A stretch of DNA of 58,368 nucleotides, counting the filler, from Sluysia triapertura (taxonomy: Eukaryota): the NCBI GenBank assembly GCA_046118255.1. It is 4 parts of 4 records of this genome, joined end to end, with 100 filler letters (N's around TTAATTAATTAA, not from the genome) between each part and the next. Parts side by side here need not be neighbours in the genome. Positions count along the whole stretch, not along the records: positions 34,411 to 47,183 come from JBJNIA010083144.1; positions 47,284 to 58,368 come from JBJNIA010189120.1; 2 more parts are not named here. The stretch is one strand, 5' to 3'. Under the pieces are notes generated by a model. It was not told where the DNA came from and searched no databases. It saw nothing but the letters and a program-made list of their open reading frames with translations. Of this stretch, positions 37,401-51,074 are shown piece by piece (positions within the stretch are counted from its first letter, which is position 1; every line of letters begins with the position of its first letter). The position numbers and the translations under genes were made by a program.

Positions 37401-38319
37401 TAATTTTATAATAATTTTAAAAATTGCCGATAAGGATATCTTAATAGGTTTAACTCCACTGAAAACAATTTTTTCTAATGTATTAAATTCTCAAATCAAT
37501 TAAATTAAAAATATCACTTATGTAATTACACAAGAAAGCTTTTTAATTTGAATTGAAAGTTCGTAGCAGTAATTTATAAAAGTTTTCCTTTATCAAATAA
37601 ACCTTTCCTTTATCACTGAATAAAATATCTTCTTTAATAACCAAACAATATGATTTCCTTTTCAAAGATTTATAAAATTTGTTATTCAGATAACTAAAAT
37701 TTTTAATTTATAATCGTTAACTTATAACCAATGATTATTTATGATTTCAGCAAGTATTTATAGTAATTGAAATGATTGACAAGTAAACCATTTTAATAGG
37801 TTTAAACAAGAAAATAATGATAATTTCAATTTTTTTCAATAATTTTCATAAAATCTATTTAAAATTTTGATTTACAACAATAATAATAATTTTAATTCTT
37901 TTAATTTAATACAATTTAATAATTATTATTTTACGAAATACAAAATACGTTAAAATGCGTTTGCATTATTATTATTATTTCAGATGTTGCAGAATACGAT
38001 TCTTACAGCAACAACAACTACTAATAATTTAATATATATACTTTTACTATGTAGGCTCAGAAATTTAACTTTTAAATTGTTGGGATTATCCATATGTTAA
38101 TTAGGGGATATGTGAGAAACACATAGAACTATAAAATAATGAAGAACTGATACAAATTGATGGATTGAACATTATAAACATTGTCGGAATAAGAATCATG
38201 AAAGTAAAGTGTTGCATTTAAAACCTATTTTGATAATTTTAATATTGAAAATATAGTATTAGACATATTCTTTGAATAAATCTTGAATAACATAATATTG
38301 TTGCGTCTTTAAATATTAT

Positions 38320-39030
38320 TGTAGTGGCCAACCTTGACAACCACTAAAATTTTATTAAAAACTAATATCATTTTTTTCTCTTTTCATTATACTTTAACAA
38401 TCATACATCCATCTCTTACATACTTTTTAAAATCTATTTTTATCCACAATTCCACAACATCCAAATCACAATTACACCCAACATTACCAATTTACATTAA
38501 TTAATCCACCAAAACATGTACTCGACATTCATAACAATCTAACAACAAACACATTCGAGATAATCTACTCAATACTTTCGAATCCTTCGTTTTACACTAC
38601 ACTTTAACATCTAATAGTTAATATTTAACAATATTTATTTAATAGTTTATTTGCTTAAACTAAATCACAGTCACAAACTTATAGCACATAAGCCACAATT
38701 ACATTTTATACCATTTGATAACACCAGCAAATCTACATAAAACATAAAAAATACCTACTTCACATCTCCCAACCAATTACAACATCTCAAATTCACTATT
38801 TGTCTATGCATAATCACCAACAACACCAAAAACATCAAACATACAAATCACACAAAACATTGTATAATAACATCTTAAATATACCCAGAGTTGTAATGTA
38901 GTTGCCTTTTTAAATTTATTAAATTACAATCTTCTCAATAAGCCCTTTATCCACCATCTTTCAATACTTAAATCTTGTTTTCAATTATAAACTTCAATCA
39001 GTATCTAAGAACTCATTCTAACTTTCCCTA
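38320..39030 (+). mobile_element. C/A-skewed dispersed repeat starting TGTAGTGG (possible LTR relic)
   Basis: Homologous to 34149-34310 and, internally, to ~15340-15420 (ATGC.TAAT..CAC...AAAAACATCAA...AAATCACA). The TG start is LTR-like; the 3' boundary and TSD were not identified. Confidence 0.5.
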
Positions 39031-40041
39031 TTTCATTTTATGGTTCAAATCAATCATAATATCTTCAAAGGTTAATTATACTTATCAATTATTTCGAAAC
39101 AATTAATACTCAGAAATTTAGTCTAAAATACATTTTAATTTATTTCAACATGTTAAAATTCAGTTACATCTAATATTAAATTTATATTAAATAAGTATAT
39201 AAATGTTAATATGAATCAAATAACTTTTAATAAAGCTAGAACTCTAAAAATTTATACAGAATACGAATTTATTTCCCTAATTTCGAAACTTGGACAAATA
39301 ACATCACGAAATTGGTGTCCGACCTTAAAAATAAACATATTACCAAATTGATGTCAGGTTTTCAACATCATTATATTACCAAAATCGTGACTATATTTTT
39401 TTCATATTCATAATTCTTACTCCAACAATATTTATAATGTTCTGCCCATCACTTTGTATCAATTCTTCACATATTTTGTAATTTCATGTTTCTTACCCAT
39501 CTTCTGTTACACAGTTGGATAATTCCAACACATTAATCATCAATTTTTTGACAACATTTTTCATTCAATAAAGTTAGTAAGTTTACATGTAAGAGCAAAA
39601 TCATAAAATCCGACGCTAATTATTTATGTAATTCATTTAATGAGGGGAAAAGTATTTTTTAAAATCATTGATTAGTAAAGAAATTAAAGACCGAAAACAA
39701 GGCTTTAATTGTAAAATATATTACAGCGTTTTCTATCTTCGCCTTCTAATTCTCAATTTTCCCGGTATATTAATTTTTATTTTTGTAATAAATTTTTACG
39801 TAAGTTGTGACTTAATTGATTTATTAAGAAATAATTATAATTGTGATATTAAAGAATTGTAGACATTGACGAAGTAATAAAAGAATCTCGAAAGTTATAG
39901 AGTTCATTATTTGATATTGTAGTTGTTGAGATTGAAATCCTGTAGGTTCCTGGTTCATTCATTCAATATAGGTGTAACATAAGTGACTATTATTTTATAT
40001 ATGGCGTTGTACTTTTAACAATACATCTTAAGAATACTAAT

Positions 40042-40416
40042 AATTCCAACACAGACCTACTTATTCGTAGTCATATTTTTATTTCTGACCAATCTCAGTC
40101 CTATAAATTGAATCTTTTTGTTGTTTGAAAAATTTTGTATATTTTTTGTGCCACCCAAATTTACAATCAGAAATTACTTTTACACAAATCATCAAAAACT
40201 CTTTTGAAGACTAGACCGACAATAATAATTTTGATAATTGCATGGCATGACTAGTCAAACAGAACATAAACATTCGATTAAGAATTAACCATTTTTTTCC
40301 TTCTATTCTTTCATAAATTACATCTTATATTAAAAGAAGTAATACAAGTATCCTAACAATTCGAACACAGACCTACCTATACGTAGCCATATTTTTTATT
40401 TCTGACCAATCAGAGT
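40042..40416 (+). repeat. ~58-bp direct repeat pair (40042-40099, 40358-40416)
   Basis: AATTC(C/G)AACACAGACCTAC(T/C)TAT(T/A)CGTAG(T/C)CATATTTTT..ATTTCTGACCAATC in both copies. Confidence 0.85.
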
Positions 40417-42474
40417 TCCGTTTTTAATTATAGTCCATAGTAAAAGTGGCACTTTGAACTTATACAATAGTTCAACTTATACTCTATTTTAAATCATGAA
40501 TTTTTAGAATGTATGTTTATAAACCACCCTTATAAAAATATAATTTAAATTAGAATAAATAAATAAATAATAAATTTAAATTAAAAATAGTTGTTACTTA
40601 GAATTTAACATTTAAATTAAAAATTTATTAAATTAGACTACTTTTCGTGAATAAATAACTGGTTTTTAATTAGGTAAATTCATAAATAACAATAAGTAAA
40701 CAAAAATGTTTACTTTCCAAATTAACTTTATAACGATTTTGTTACATTAATTATATAAATTAAACTATATATAATTTTTTGATTATCAGCTATTAAATAA
40801 AATTATATATAATTTTTATTGATGTTTTTAATAAAAGTTTTCAATTTTTTGTTATTTTATTTATTTACATTCATTTCAAGGTTAATAATGAAGATTTTTA
40901 TTCAAAATTACAGTTACTAATGAAAATTGTGCTTTTAATTTCTAAAATAAAGCTGTTAACAATTTAAGTTAGTTTTATTATTTTTAAATTATAAAAATTG
41001 ATTTTATTTTAAATATATTAATTATATTTTAAATATTTGTCATTTGTTTTAGAAATTTAATCATATTGTAGAATAAATAGTTTTTTAAATTATCCAACCA
41101 GTTGATTTAATGTTATTTCACTTTTTAACAAGTGTTTGATGGAAATAATGTATTTTCAGTTATTTATGGCATTATTTTGATAACTGTATCGACATCGAAT
41201 TATTAAAAATTAGATTAGAAATGTAAGTCTTAAAATTTTAATTTCATAACAATGGAAATAATAACAGTTTACTAATTTGATTTTGTAAACATCACTTAAA
41301 AGAAGTTCGAATTATGTTTTTACCAAAGTAAAATAACTATTTATTATGTCTAATGTTATACCGAATAATATTTCGAGTAAATTTTGAAATAATATAAATT
41401 TCTAAAATTGTTATTTGTATATTAAAATAAAATTATAATTTTTTAAATTAAATTTTACGTTTAAATACGAAATTTCTAAAATAATAAATATTAAAATAGT
41501 CCTTAAGGATAATTATTTTTAAGGCTAATACGAATATTTTCGATTCTCTACGTTTATCCCTGAAATGTCCTAAAAATGAGAATTATTCAATTGGTCTATT
41601 TTTGATCTATTTATAATTTTCTTGAAAAATTTATTTGTTAATTATTTTCATAAAATCATACGACATGGATAAAATATTGAAAGTAACCAGTAGAAAATAA
41701 GTGTGAGAATTGCCATCGTAATTAGTGAATAACGTTATTTATCGTTAATGTTATTGATATGGACAAAGGTGGATTCTAAATTGACATTTTTTATTTTCGA
41801 GTTGCACTGTTTGAAAACATGGTATTACATTGTTACTTAATATAATAAGTACTATACCTAAATTAAAATAATAACTAAAATCACATTGAATAACTTTGGT
41901 CTCTTTTGTTATATTTAGTACTTATTGTGATACTAAATATACTTTAAGACTGAATTATTTTAACCACTAAAATTTGCAGCTACACACAAAGACTAGATAT
42001 AAACCGATTTTTAATATTTACGATAATATTAATACGAAACACGTCGATGTAGTAGACACGGTTAAAATAGTTAATTAAATTCTATTTTTGATAAAATTAA
42101 TGCTCACAAAAATATCATTTTGGATCTACAAAATAACACAATTTAAACTAACCATATAAATAAACTATATAAATAGTGAAAACAATGTTCATGTAAAACA
42201 CTAGAGAATAATTAGTGACATTTATATTCGGTTTTATTGTTTCAAATAATCTTCCAATTAAGTGATCAAAAATGTCAAGGTTATATGAATCATCAACTGT
42301 TCCTAGCATTTATTTAATTACTAATTCATAATTGTAATAATAAAAAAATCAATAAGTACATTTATTCATCTGGCTAATATAAAACCAAATGAAAATATGC
42401 GAGTAATGACAATAAATTGAGCTAATTAATTCTGTTTATCGTAAATATAATTTCATTCAATGTTATTCATCATC

Positions 42475-42811
42475 GCTTCAAAATTTGGATTTAAACGTAT
42501 TTTTGCAGAATCAATGTTTGTCTACGACACAATAACAAAGTATTCTACAAATGTCGTTAAAAAAGTTTATATAATTAGTTTTTTTGGTTCGACTAACATA
42601 ATAATTAAACTTATTTGCAAACTCTAAAAGTCGATTAACAAAACTTTAATTGTTAGTTTCAAATTTAGAAAAATAATAAGTCAAATTTTTGTCAAAAATG
42701 CTTCCATTGGGATTTAAACGTATTTTTGCGGAGTCAATGTTTCTATACGACGATAACAAATTATTCTACAAATATCATTAAAAAGTTTATGCAATTAGTT
42801 TTTGTTCGGCT
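42475..42811 (+). repeat. ~115-bp diverged direct repeat pair (42475-42594, 42700-42811)
   Basis: GGATTTAAACGTATTTTTGC.GA.TCAATGTTT...ACGAC..ATAACAAA.TATTCTACAAAT.TC.TTAAAAA in both copies. Confidence 0.85.
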
Positions 42812-45800
42812 ATTTAGTATTTAATTAATATTTTCCATTGATTGACAATATTTATCGAAATTAAACTATTAACAGCTGCAATAACATCTTATTAAACATA
42901 AGCATAATGAAATATATTAAATAGAAAACATTCAATAAATGAAAAATATTAATGAGATTTGTTTTATTGTTATAATTATGTTGATTAGTTAATAATTCCA
43001 TATTATTAACATTAATGTTACTTTTATATTATACAAAAAATATAAACCATTTCACTATTATTATTAATAATAATAATAATTTCTGTTATTCTAATTTACT
43101 ATCATTATTAAAATTAAAACTATTATATAATTATTATTTTCATTTAAACCTTATACTGATACAATTTATTCAATAATTATTTAAGAAATTTTAAATATAA
43201 ATCTGTATATAAAGAATTTTAATGGCTCATTTTTTTGTTTAATATAAACAATTATCGATTTTTTAATTTTTTTTATTGAATGTGTCTTGTGCGAAACTGG
43301 TTGAATAATTGTTTAATAGAGTAAAATAAGATTGATGTTGAATTTTGAAGTAAGTTAATGTGGTAGTCGAACCTGTTACTCTAAGTTTTGCTGCAAATCG
43401 GCATTTAACAAAATAAACTTTAAAATTCAATCAGAAATCTGTAAAATCTTTTAACATAGTATCAACACGAGTTTTGAATCAAACTAATTCAAATTTCTTC
43501 CGCACTAACATTCTTATAACTATCTTTATTGTTCTATTCTACTTCTTTACCTTCTGTTGAAAAAGCTGAGATAGAAGTAGAAATATAAGAAATAAAATAA
43601 TAAAAAAGTTATAAAAGTGGAGTGAATAAATTCTACAATAACTTCTTATAGATCAAATGGATCTAATCTTGACACATTCTATTCGAAATATTTTAACCCA
43701 ACCCAAAATTATCAATATTTTGAAAAATCTGCTATTTTATAATATTGAAACTTATCTGAACTTTAATTAACATAATTTGATGATGACTCAGCGATTCTCA
43801 ACCACTTATTTCTAAAATCCGAGTTTTGTTGGTTCCCACACACTAGCGATACTGTGAGCAGAACGTGTTGACTCGTTTCCCATAAAGAATATGTTAATAA
43901 AACAAAGTCAGACAATGAAGGAGAAGAAATTACAGTACAAATAGAAAAGATTGACACAAAAGATAGACTAACCATATCGAGGGTAGGGGTTTCAATGTCA
44001 TACTTTCACATTTTTTTAAAGATATTTAATTTTACTTTAATAATTTTAATCTCATAAGTAACTGAATGTAATGTATAATATATTTCTTTTTTCCTTTCCT
44101 TCCTTTTAGTCTTTTCCGAATTAGTTCACTTATTTTGTTTTCTTTACCTTTCTCTTGTTCTTTGTGTTTTCATTTTCACTTGTGATTTAATGTATGCTGA
44201 ATGCATGTGTCTCTCGTGTTCTAATATACGTTTTGCAGATGGAGAACAATTGTGTCAGCAATGATCCAACTGGTTTATATTTATATTTATGTTTGATCAA
44301 ATGTTTTACTTTTTTTAACCAATATTTATAAGTTAATATTAAATGAATGTTGATTAGGAACTCAGTGTTCTATTTTGCGATCGAATTATTACCTGATCAT
44401 ATGCATCACTATAATAACTCTTATATGTCTATCAATCCGACTGAATCAATTAATTCCTCTCGAAATTTCAATGAAAATGTCACAAAAGTGGCTAAATCTT
44501 GCCTTAGTAAAGTATCTTACGATACACCCATTGTCACTTTATCAGAAACTACGTATATGTTGCTTTGTCTTATCTGTCAATAAATAAAAACGCAAAGTGA
44601 GTCAACCTAGACTTTAGGATTTGGAAGAATGGAGATCAAACAAATCTGTTTATCAATTAACGTAACACGGGGAAAGCTCTTATTCGAAATAGTTTAATGA
44701 TAATAGATTCTCAGTTCGCCTTTAGACGAGTTTGATTTCCGCGAGATTAATGATTTAATTGATTTTATTAAGGTTCTGTTTAAATTAAACCTATCACAAA
44801 GAGTAATTTTATATTTCGGTATTACAGATGGAAGAATATCTGAATACGATTAATTTTATACTGATTAAAACTATATAATTTAATTTTATCACCGAAGCTT
44901 ATTAAATGGACCATATGAATTTATTAGTACTTGGACAGTAAGGTTACAAAGTATATGTATATTAACTTAATTAACAATTTATAGAACACAATTATAAAAA
45001 ATAATACAAACTTAAATATTTTACAAAAATATTATCACGCAAGATAATAATTTTTTAAAATGTTTAAAGAAGCAAAAAGGATATCGTTCAACTTTTTAAA
45101 AGTAGTATTGAATGGCTTTGAACATTGTAATAATCAATCTCTAGTGAGTCAGCATAATTATAAAATTATTATTATTATTATAAATAATTTTTCCAGCTCT
45201 TGAATTAAATGTTACCATATTCTGGCTTATTTTTCCAGGCACGAGTTAATAATTTCGAACACAATTTTAACTTCTCAATCATTTAAATGGTTTACAATAG
45301 ATGATCATAAAGTAATCTAAATATTTCGTAAATTTATTTATATAAAAATAAAATCATTATTATTTGTTACATAAATACCAAAAGCATATCAAGATCAAGT
45401 GTTCTCTGAGTACTACTCAGAGTTATTTCTACGAATATTTATATTGTTTTTACTAAAATTTAAATAAGTAATTTTCATCGTTTATTATTTTATGAATAAT
45501 ATTAACACTGAGTCAATAATTCATATATTTATGGATATTGATTAATCCAATTAAGTTTAAGTCAATCATTTAGACTGATGAAGTTTATTAGTTGCACACC
45601 AACTATGGTTATTATTAATTAGTTTTCCAATTGGCAATGTTGATTACAAAAATAATAATAATACTGTTGTGGAATTTACAAAGATCTTGAATCAAATTGA
45701 TTTACATCAGCAATTTGTAATTTGTTTAATTATATAGAAGATCTAATGTATCATGTAAAAAATATCAATAATATACTCGATTTAGACTTGTATAATGTAT

Positions 45801-47183
45801 AAAATGAATTCGTTTTTGATGTTTCGGTACAAAATACTTTCAAAATGCTAAATTTATTTTGTCATTGATGAGCAATAAGATCATTTAGTAATTTTAAAAG
45901 TATCAGAATTTACGGATTTTAAAAATAGATGAAATTTGTGTTAATAAAGCTGTTTTGTATTTAAACTTAGATAAACTCGCGAGAATAAACCGCCTATTTA
46001 TTAATATAGTAGAATCTATTATTTCAATGAGTATAAAGTTTAAATTTCATGTACTATTTAAAATGTTAAAAATAACAACAATGACGAACTTTTATGAATT
46101 CATCAAAATAGATTTTAAACTCAATATGTGTTAGAAATTGAGGGACATTTTCAATAATTTTTTCTTTTTCTGAGATTTAAGTCGACAGAAGAAGTATATT
46201 TATTATTTGATATCATACATTTTCCGTTGTATCTATTTGATGACCAAAAATGATTGTAGATTAAGTGATATAAAATGCAATGTGTACAAATATAATAAAC
46301 AAAAAATATTAAATTTGAACATATTGTGCATTTTGTTAGTATGCAGATCTTTGCACTTGTTACATCTTTCGATAATAACATGTTTCAGGTTTCGAAATAA
46401 CGCCAAGTCCATTCATAAATCCGGATAATGTTAATGCTAATTGTTCTTTTACGTTTATATATTTTGTTAGTACCACCACCATGGATTTAAAGGTTGTTGA
46501 AGAATGATTATAAAATAATTTACTAATTTTAACAACGTCATCAATTCAAATCATTAATAAAGTTTTTCTGTAATAATAGCTTTACGTTTTTTATCAAATT
46601 TCATAACGTCCATTATTAAAATAATTAGTGAAATTTAAATTCATTTAGTCTATTTTCCATTGTTGCTTCTAATATCCCTCTGATGTAATTACCACTGAGC
46701 GAATAATAACATTTTATAGGTTCGTTTGAAGAAATTGATGATACTTACAGTGGCGTGCCGAGGTACCTAGACTTGGCGACCCCAAACAACACCACCAATG
46801 GTCAAAAAACACTACATTTATTTCTTTTTCTATTATAGCCAAATCTACTGTTAGTATTTTCTTCGAATTAAGAGATTGAATATAAGTTTCCACAGTTCCA
46901 ATACTTAAATCATTTTCATTTAAAAATGGTTTGCATGGTAAAATGTCTACCTCAGATTTTAAATTTAAACTTTCACCGACAGAAATAAGTTCTGACTTGG
47001 TACGAGCATTATCTTCACATGTATTTAATTTTAAACTTTCCTTTTTTTACTGATTTATTAAGAAAACGATTATTTTTTGTTTGGGATAACCAGGATTACC
47101 AGGAAGTTCTTTTAAATTATTGGGCGTTCTACGTTTAGATAGAAATAGAGCCTTGATCAAATAAATTAAAATTACACTCAATA

Positions 47184-47283
47184 NNNNNNNNNNNNNNNNN
47201 NNNNNNNNNNNNNNNNNNNNNNNNNNNTTAATTAATTAANNNNNNNNNNNNNNNNNNNNNNNNNNNNNNNNNNNNNNNNNNNN
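47184..47283. other. Artificial contig-join linker
   Basis: N44-TTAATTAATTAA-N44. Confidence 0.97.
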
Positions 47284-48540
47284 TCCATTTTACTTTTTAC
47301 GTTAGAAAAATCCAACGGTTGGCCGTTCAGTCTGTAAGTCCAATACGTTGGTGGACTCACCTATATTCTTAAGCTTTATTCTCTTTACACTTTTCTTGCA
47401 TAATATTATTTTCTATGTTCATTTCAAATTCAGTATATATTTGCACATCATCAGAATACAAGTAGCTATAATTTAAATATACCAGAACGTCAATTCAAAT
47501 GTTCAAATATGCTTATAGAGTGTAACAATATTAGTGATTCTCTTGCCGAAGTGATGATACGGATGAAGAAATGCGCTCATCGAGTAACAAAAGAAAAAGA
47601 TAAAGTTCTTATCTGATAAATTATTTAAATATATTTTAAGCAAATTTAAATCGAACTAAACCAATTCGAATAATGAAGCACCAAGACGTAAATCCTGACA
47701 CTACTTGTAATACTTGAATTACTCATTTCTGAAATTTGACAGTAAGAAGCACCAAGATGTAAATCCTGACACTACTTGTAATACTTGAATTACTCATTTC
47801 TGAAATTTGACAGTAAGAACAAACCATGAACCAACCCAAGAATTTCTAGCTAAATCAATCCCTCGAACGAAATATAAAACCTAATGTTAACATGGGTAAC
47901 TTTTTATCTTTTAAAATTGGGAAGTTTTGTAAAACTAATTACATGGAAGCTGTAACTATTAACCCTGACTTTCCTGAAGCTACATGACGATATTATTCAT
48001 TAAATTCGAATTAATAGAGCCTTGAGGCGATTATCTTGAAAGTGTGCTCTCTACGCATAAATATTTGCTGACCCAGCCATTGCAAAACCGTCTATCATTT
48101 GGTATCAACGAACAGCAGAAGTAAGCATCAAGCTATCATTGTTATCATAACGACGTTATCATAAATCGTGATACAATAATCAATTTAAATTTATTTAAAA
48201 TTTATTCTCAACACGTCTTTGAAGCAGAAAGATACGCGCCACTCTTCACCATCGAAACAATGGAGTCTCGCAGTGGAATCCTCAAAAATCAGACAATAGT
48301 TTATTCGACGGGATTCGGCTTAGTGTATTTCCTTGCAAGAGTTAATTCGACACAATATAAAAGTAGATTCTGATGCTGCCTATTGTTACAGTTCTCTATC
48401 GGGAGATTGAATAACGCCTTATGAAAGGTGTTGGCGAGCGTCGAATGACGTGGAAAATGTCTACTTTACGTACGTTACTTATTTTATTTTTGGGATACCC
48501 AAACGGTGTATTGTAAGACGAAGCACAAGAATCATAATAT
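47284..48540 (+). mobile_element. Decayed copy B of the unclassified element family (leader + ORF2 homologue), probably inside an SGPP intron
   Basis: Leader at 47312-47362. ORF2 pieces from ATG 47892: LSFKIGKFCKTN ~ copy A FYFSLDKYCDEN; DFPEAT ~ DFDVAT; PLFTIETM ~ PLTFRVDTF. Confidence 0.5.
47675..47819. repeat. 71-bp tandem duplication
   Basis: GAAGCACCAAGA(C/T)GTAAATCCTGACACTACTTG...GAAATTTGACAGTAA x2, one mismatch. Confidence 0.95.
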
Positions 48541-48690
48541 AATCTCATATTATAAATTCGAAGTAATGTTCATAAATTCAGTAAAAGAAAAAGTAATAAG
48601 TTTACATTTAAATTTTAACGATAATATTCTATATTTAAGCAAACCCAGAAATAACTTGATAAAGCATCTTTAAAAGTAAAAGAAACGTAC

Positions 48691-50733
48691 CGTTACACTG
48701 TGCACTCCTTTGTACAAGCGGCTCATACTAATCAGTGCACACCACATAGTGCTGGCAATAATACAAATTCCTGTATTAACCTAAATTAAATAATGACAAT
48801 GTGAAATTGTATCAATTTAATTTATAAAGTTGGATAATAATGTGCATTATGAAATATTATGAAAAATGCATACTGATCAAGAATAAAAACCAAGCAAAAA
48901 ATTCCATATAACAATCCGTGAGATATTCTCCACCACAATTCCTTCCACCGTTCTGACAGTTTGTCAATCCCGCATTTGAAGAAGCTTGGTGGTTTTTGGT
49001 CGAAAAATTCTTCAATCTATGTTGTTATTACTTCTTCGTTTTCAAATGAGACCAGAAAGATGGTTCGACATGGACCGGAAAAGATGAAAATCTGTTGGGC
49101 CTAAGTCGGGCGAATACGGGGATCGGAGAACTTCCCAACCAAGCCCTTCAAAACCACTTTTGCATTGTTTGTTCAGTGACTGCCTTTTTCCACAAACGCA
49201 ACAAACCATTCTGGTGGCTTTTGCAGCATTTAAATATTGATTAAAATAGAAAATGAGTCGATGTCGGAAATGTTCATTTTTATCTACCAGACACGCCATT
49301 TTAATGAAGGTAATGAAAGTGAAAGTTAGTCTAAAATGATTTAAACAGATAATTCAGCTGAATTAATATAACTCAAATCAGTTAAAACAAGAAGTTGGTG
49401 TATTTTCTGTATGACAAATAAAACCGCACGAATTTATTCACCAACCTAATACATTGAAACAATTTTTAAAGCTTGTATATCAATCAAATCTATACATAAT
49501 GATTCTTACGTATGAATATTTATCTGTGTCAATATTTATCTGAATCTTCCAAAATGTCATAATATAATATAAAATAGCTTATTTAAAATTGAAAAACGAT
49601 TATTTAGCAAACTTATTTTAGAAATAATCATTTAAATATGGTGCAAAAAATAATACTTTACTGCAATTCTTGTCGCGATACACTAACATAACAATAAGAT
49701 GAATTTAAAAGAATTATATAACTTGTTACATTTTTTAGAATCATTTTTAGATCTACGTAGATTTAATTTCACGAAATGGCACTTCTAAATGAATAAATTT
49801 TTATATTCAGATTTTCATTTTGGTTATTATTAAAGCATATACAGTTATCATCTTTGGCAATTTCAATTATATTCAACATGGTATGTCAATGACGTATCGT
49901 CTGCACAGGTCAAGTAATGTGGTAAAAGTTTCTTTCACACAGCAACAAAGGTTCTTTTATTTTATCGCTTAATTGAATTTTTATGTAGTGCTTTATTACA
50001 ATATATGGCTTCTTGAATAGTTTTAATTTTGCATTTATTAAAGTAACTTGAATATTCCTATCACTTCAGCCTAACAATTCATTTTTATTATTATCAATTA
50101 CACATTTTTCATAATGGCGCTTTATGTCCATACTTCAAGACTTAATTACTATAAATTTAATCCGCTTTTTGATAAAACAAAATTCAAAAAATAGTTTATC
50201 ATTAAAAAAAACATTTATCATTAAATACTTACATCATATCTATGACTCAAAAGTAACCCAGCAGGTATAGCAGTTGCTGCAATAGCATGACTCGAAGGCA
50301 TACCATACTGCATACTAAATCTAGTTTCTAATTGAACTAAATGAAGATTTACTGGCCTTGGCATACGATAATAATCTTTCATACACAACCCTAAAATCAT
50401 AGGAATACTCCAATAAAGCATTACTTGCATTGATAACAACCTAAAATTATTTTCTAATATAAAACCATTAAAAACCTACAAATCTATCATAAAAGACATT
50501 ATGCAAAAAAATAAAATCGCAAAAAATTCTTCACCACATAATGAACCAAAAGAAAACAAATAGTATAAAAACAAATTTTCAACTTTGTATTTTTTCAGAT
50601 TACTTGTTTTGGAATCAGCATACAAGCCACATAAGTTTTGAAATTTTACAACAAATTCCGGATTGTTATAATAATCAATATTTTGTTTTATTTCTAGTTT
50701 TATCTTTTTCAAGACATTATTTAAAAAACTCAT
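48691..50733 (-). CDS. SGPP1: Sphingosine-1-phosphate phosphatase (PAP2 family), 3' part missing
   Basis: Exons 50733-50480, 50440-50233 and 48780-48691 encode FLYYLFSFGSLCGEEFF, KDYYRMPRP (motif 1), YGMPSSH (motif 2) and SRLYKGVHS (motif 3). The following 'D..AG' exon was not found before the contig end. Confidence 0.88.
48823..49451 (-). mobile_element. Internally deleted Mos1-like mariner element in an SGPP intron
   Basis: TIR AAAACCGCACGAATTTATTCACCAACCTAA + TA at 49420-49451; degenerate TATAAAGTTGGATAATAA at 48823. N-terminal HTH (DKNEHFRHRLIFYF) is joined to LGWEVLRSPYSPDLGPTDFHLF and then FFDQKPPSFFKCGIDKLSERW, with stops and a frameshift. Confidence 0.88.
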
Positions 50734-51074
50734 TTCCTCAAAAATCGTTATTAAAATTAAAATTTCATTAATTTATTTGCGATACTTTTATTAGTAACAT
50801 TATATAGATTACAAAATTATTTACAAAAGTAACTTTAATTAAAAATACAAATAAACTAAAAATAAAGTAAATCTAACAGAAAATATTCATTAATTCATAC
50901 AATTTATGGCTGAAATTAATTTATTAAAGTAGCAAATTTTAAACAAATAATAAATTACATTAAATATGCATTTTTATTAACATTTCTAAATAATTTTTCT
51001 AAAGAAAATAAATATCGAATACAAATAACAAATTAAATAAAATATATTTAAACATCATTTTATACACACAATAT

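Noticed and set aside
17033-47283. TTAATTAATTAA inside three N gaps as a biological repeat or TSD
   Set aside because: Identical 100-nt construct each time, with six-frame stops: a scaffolding linker.
5415-47455. CTGATGA cores (5415, 45575, 47448 minus) as hammerhead ribozymes
   Set aside because: No correctly placed stem II plus GAAA.
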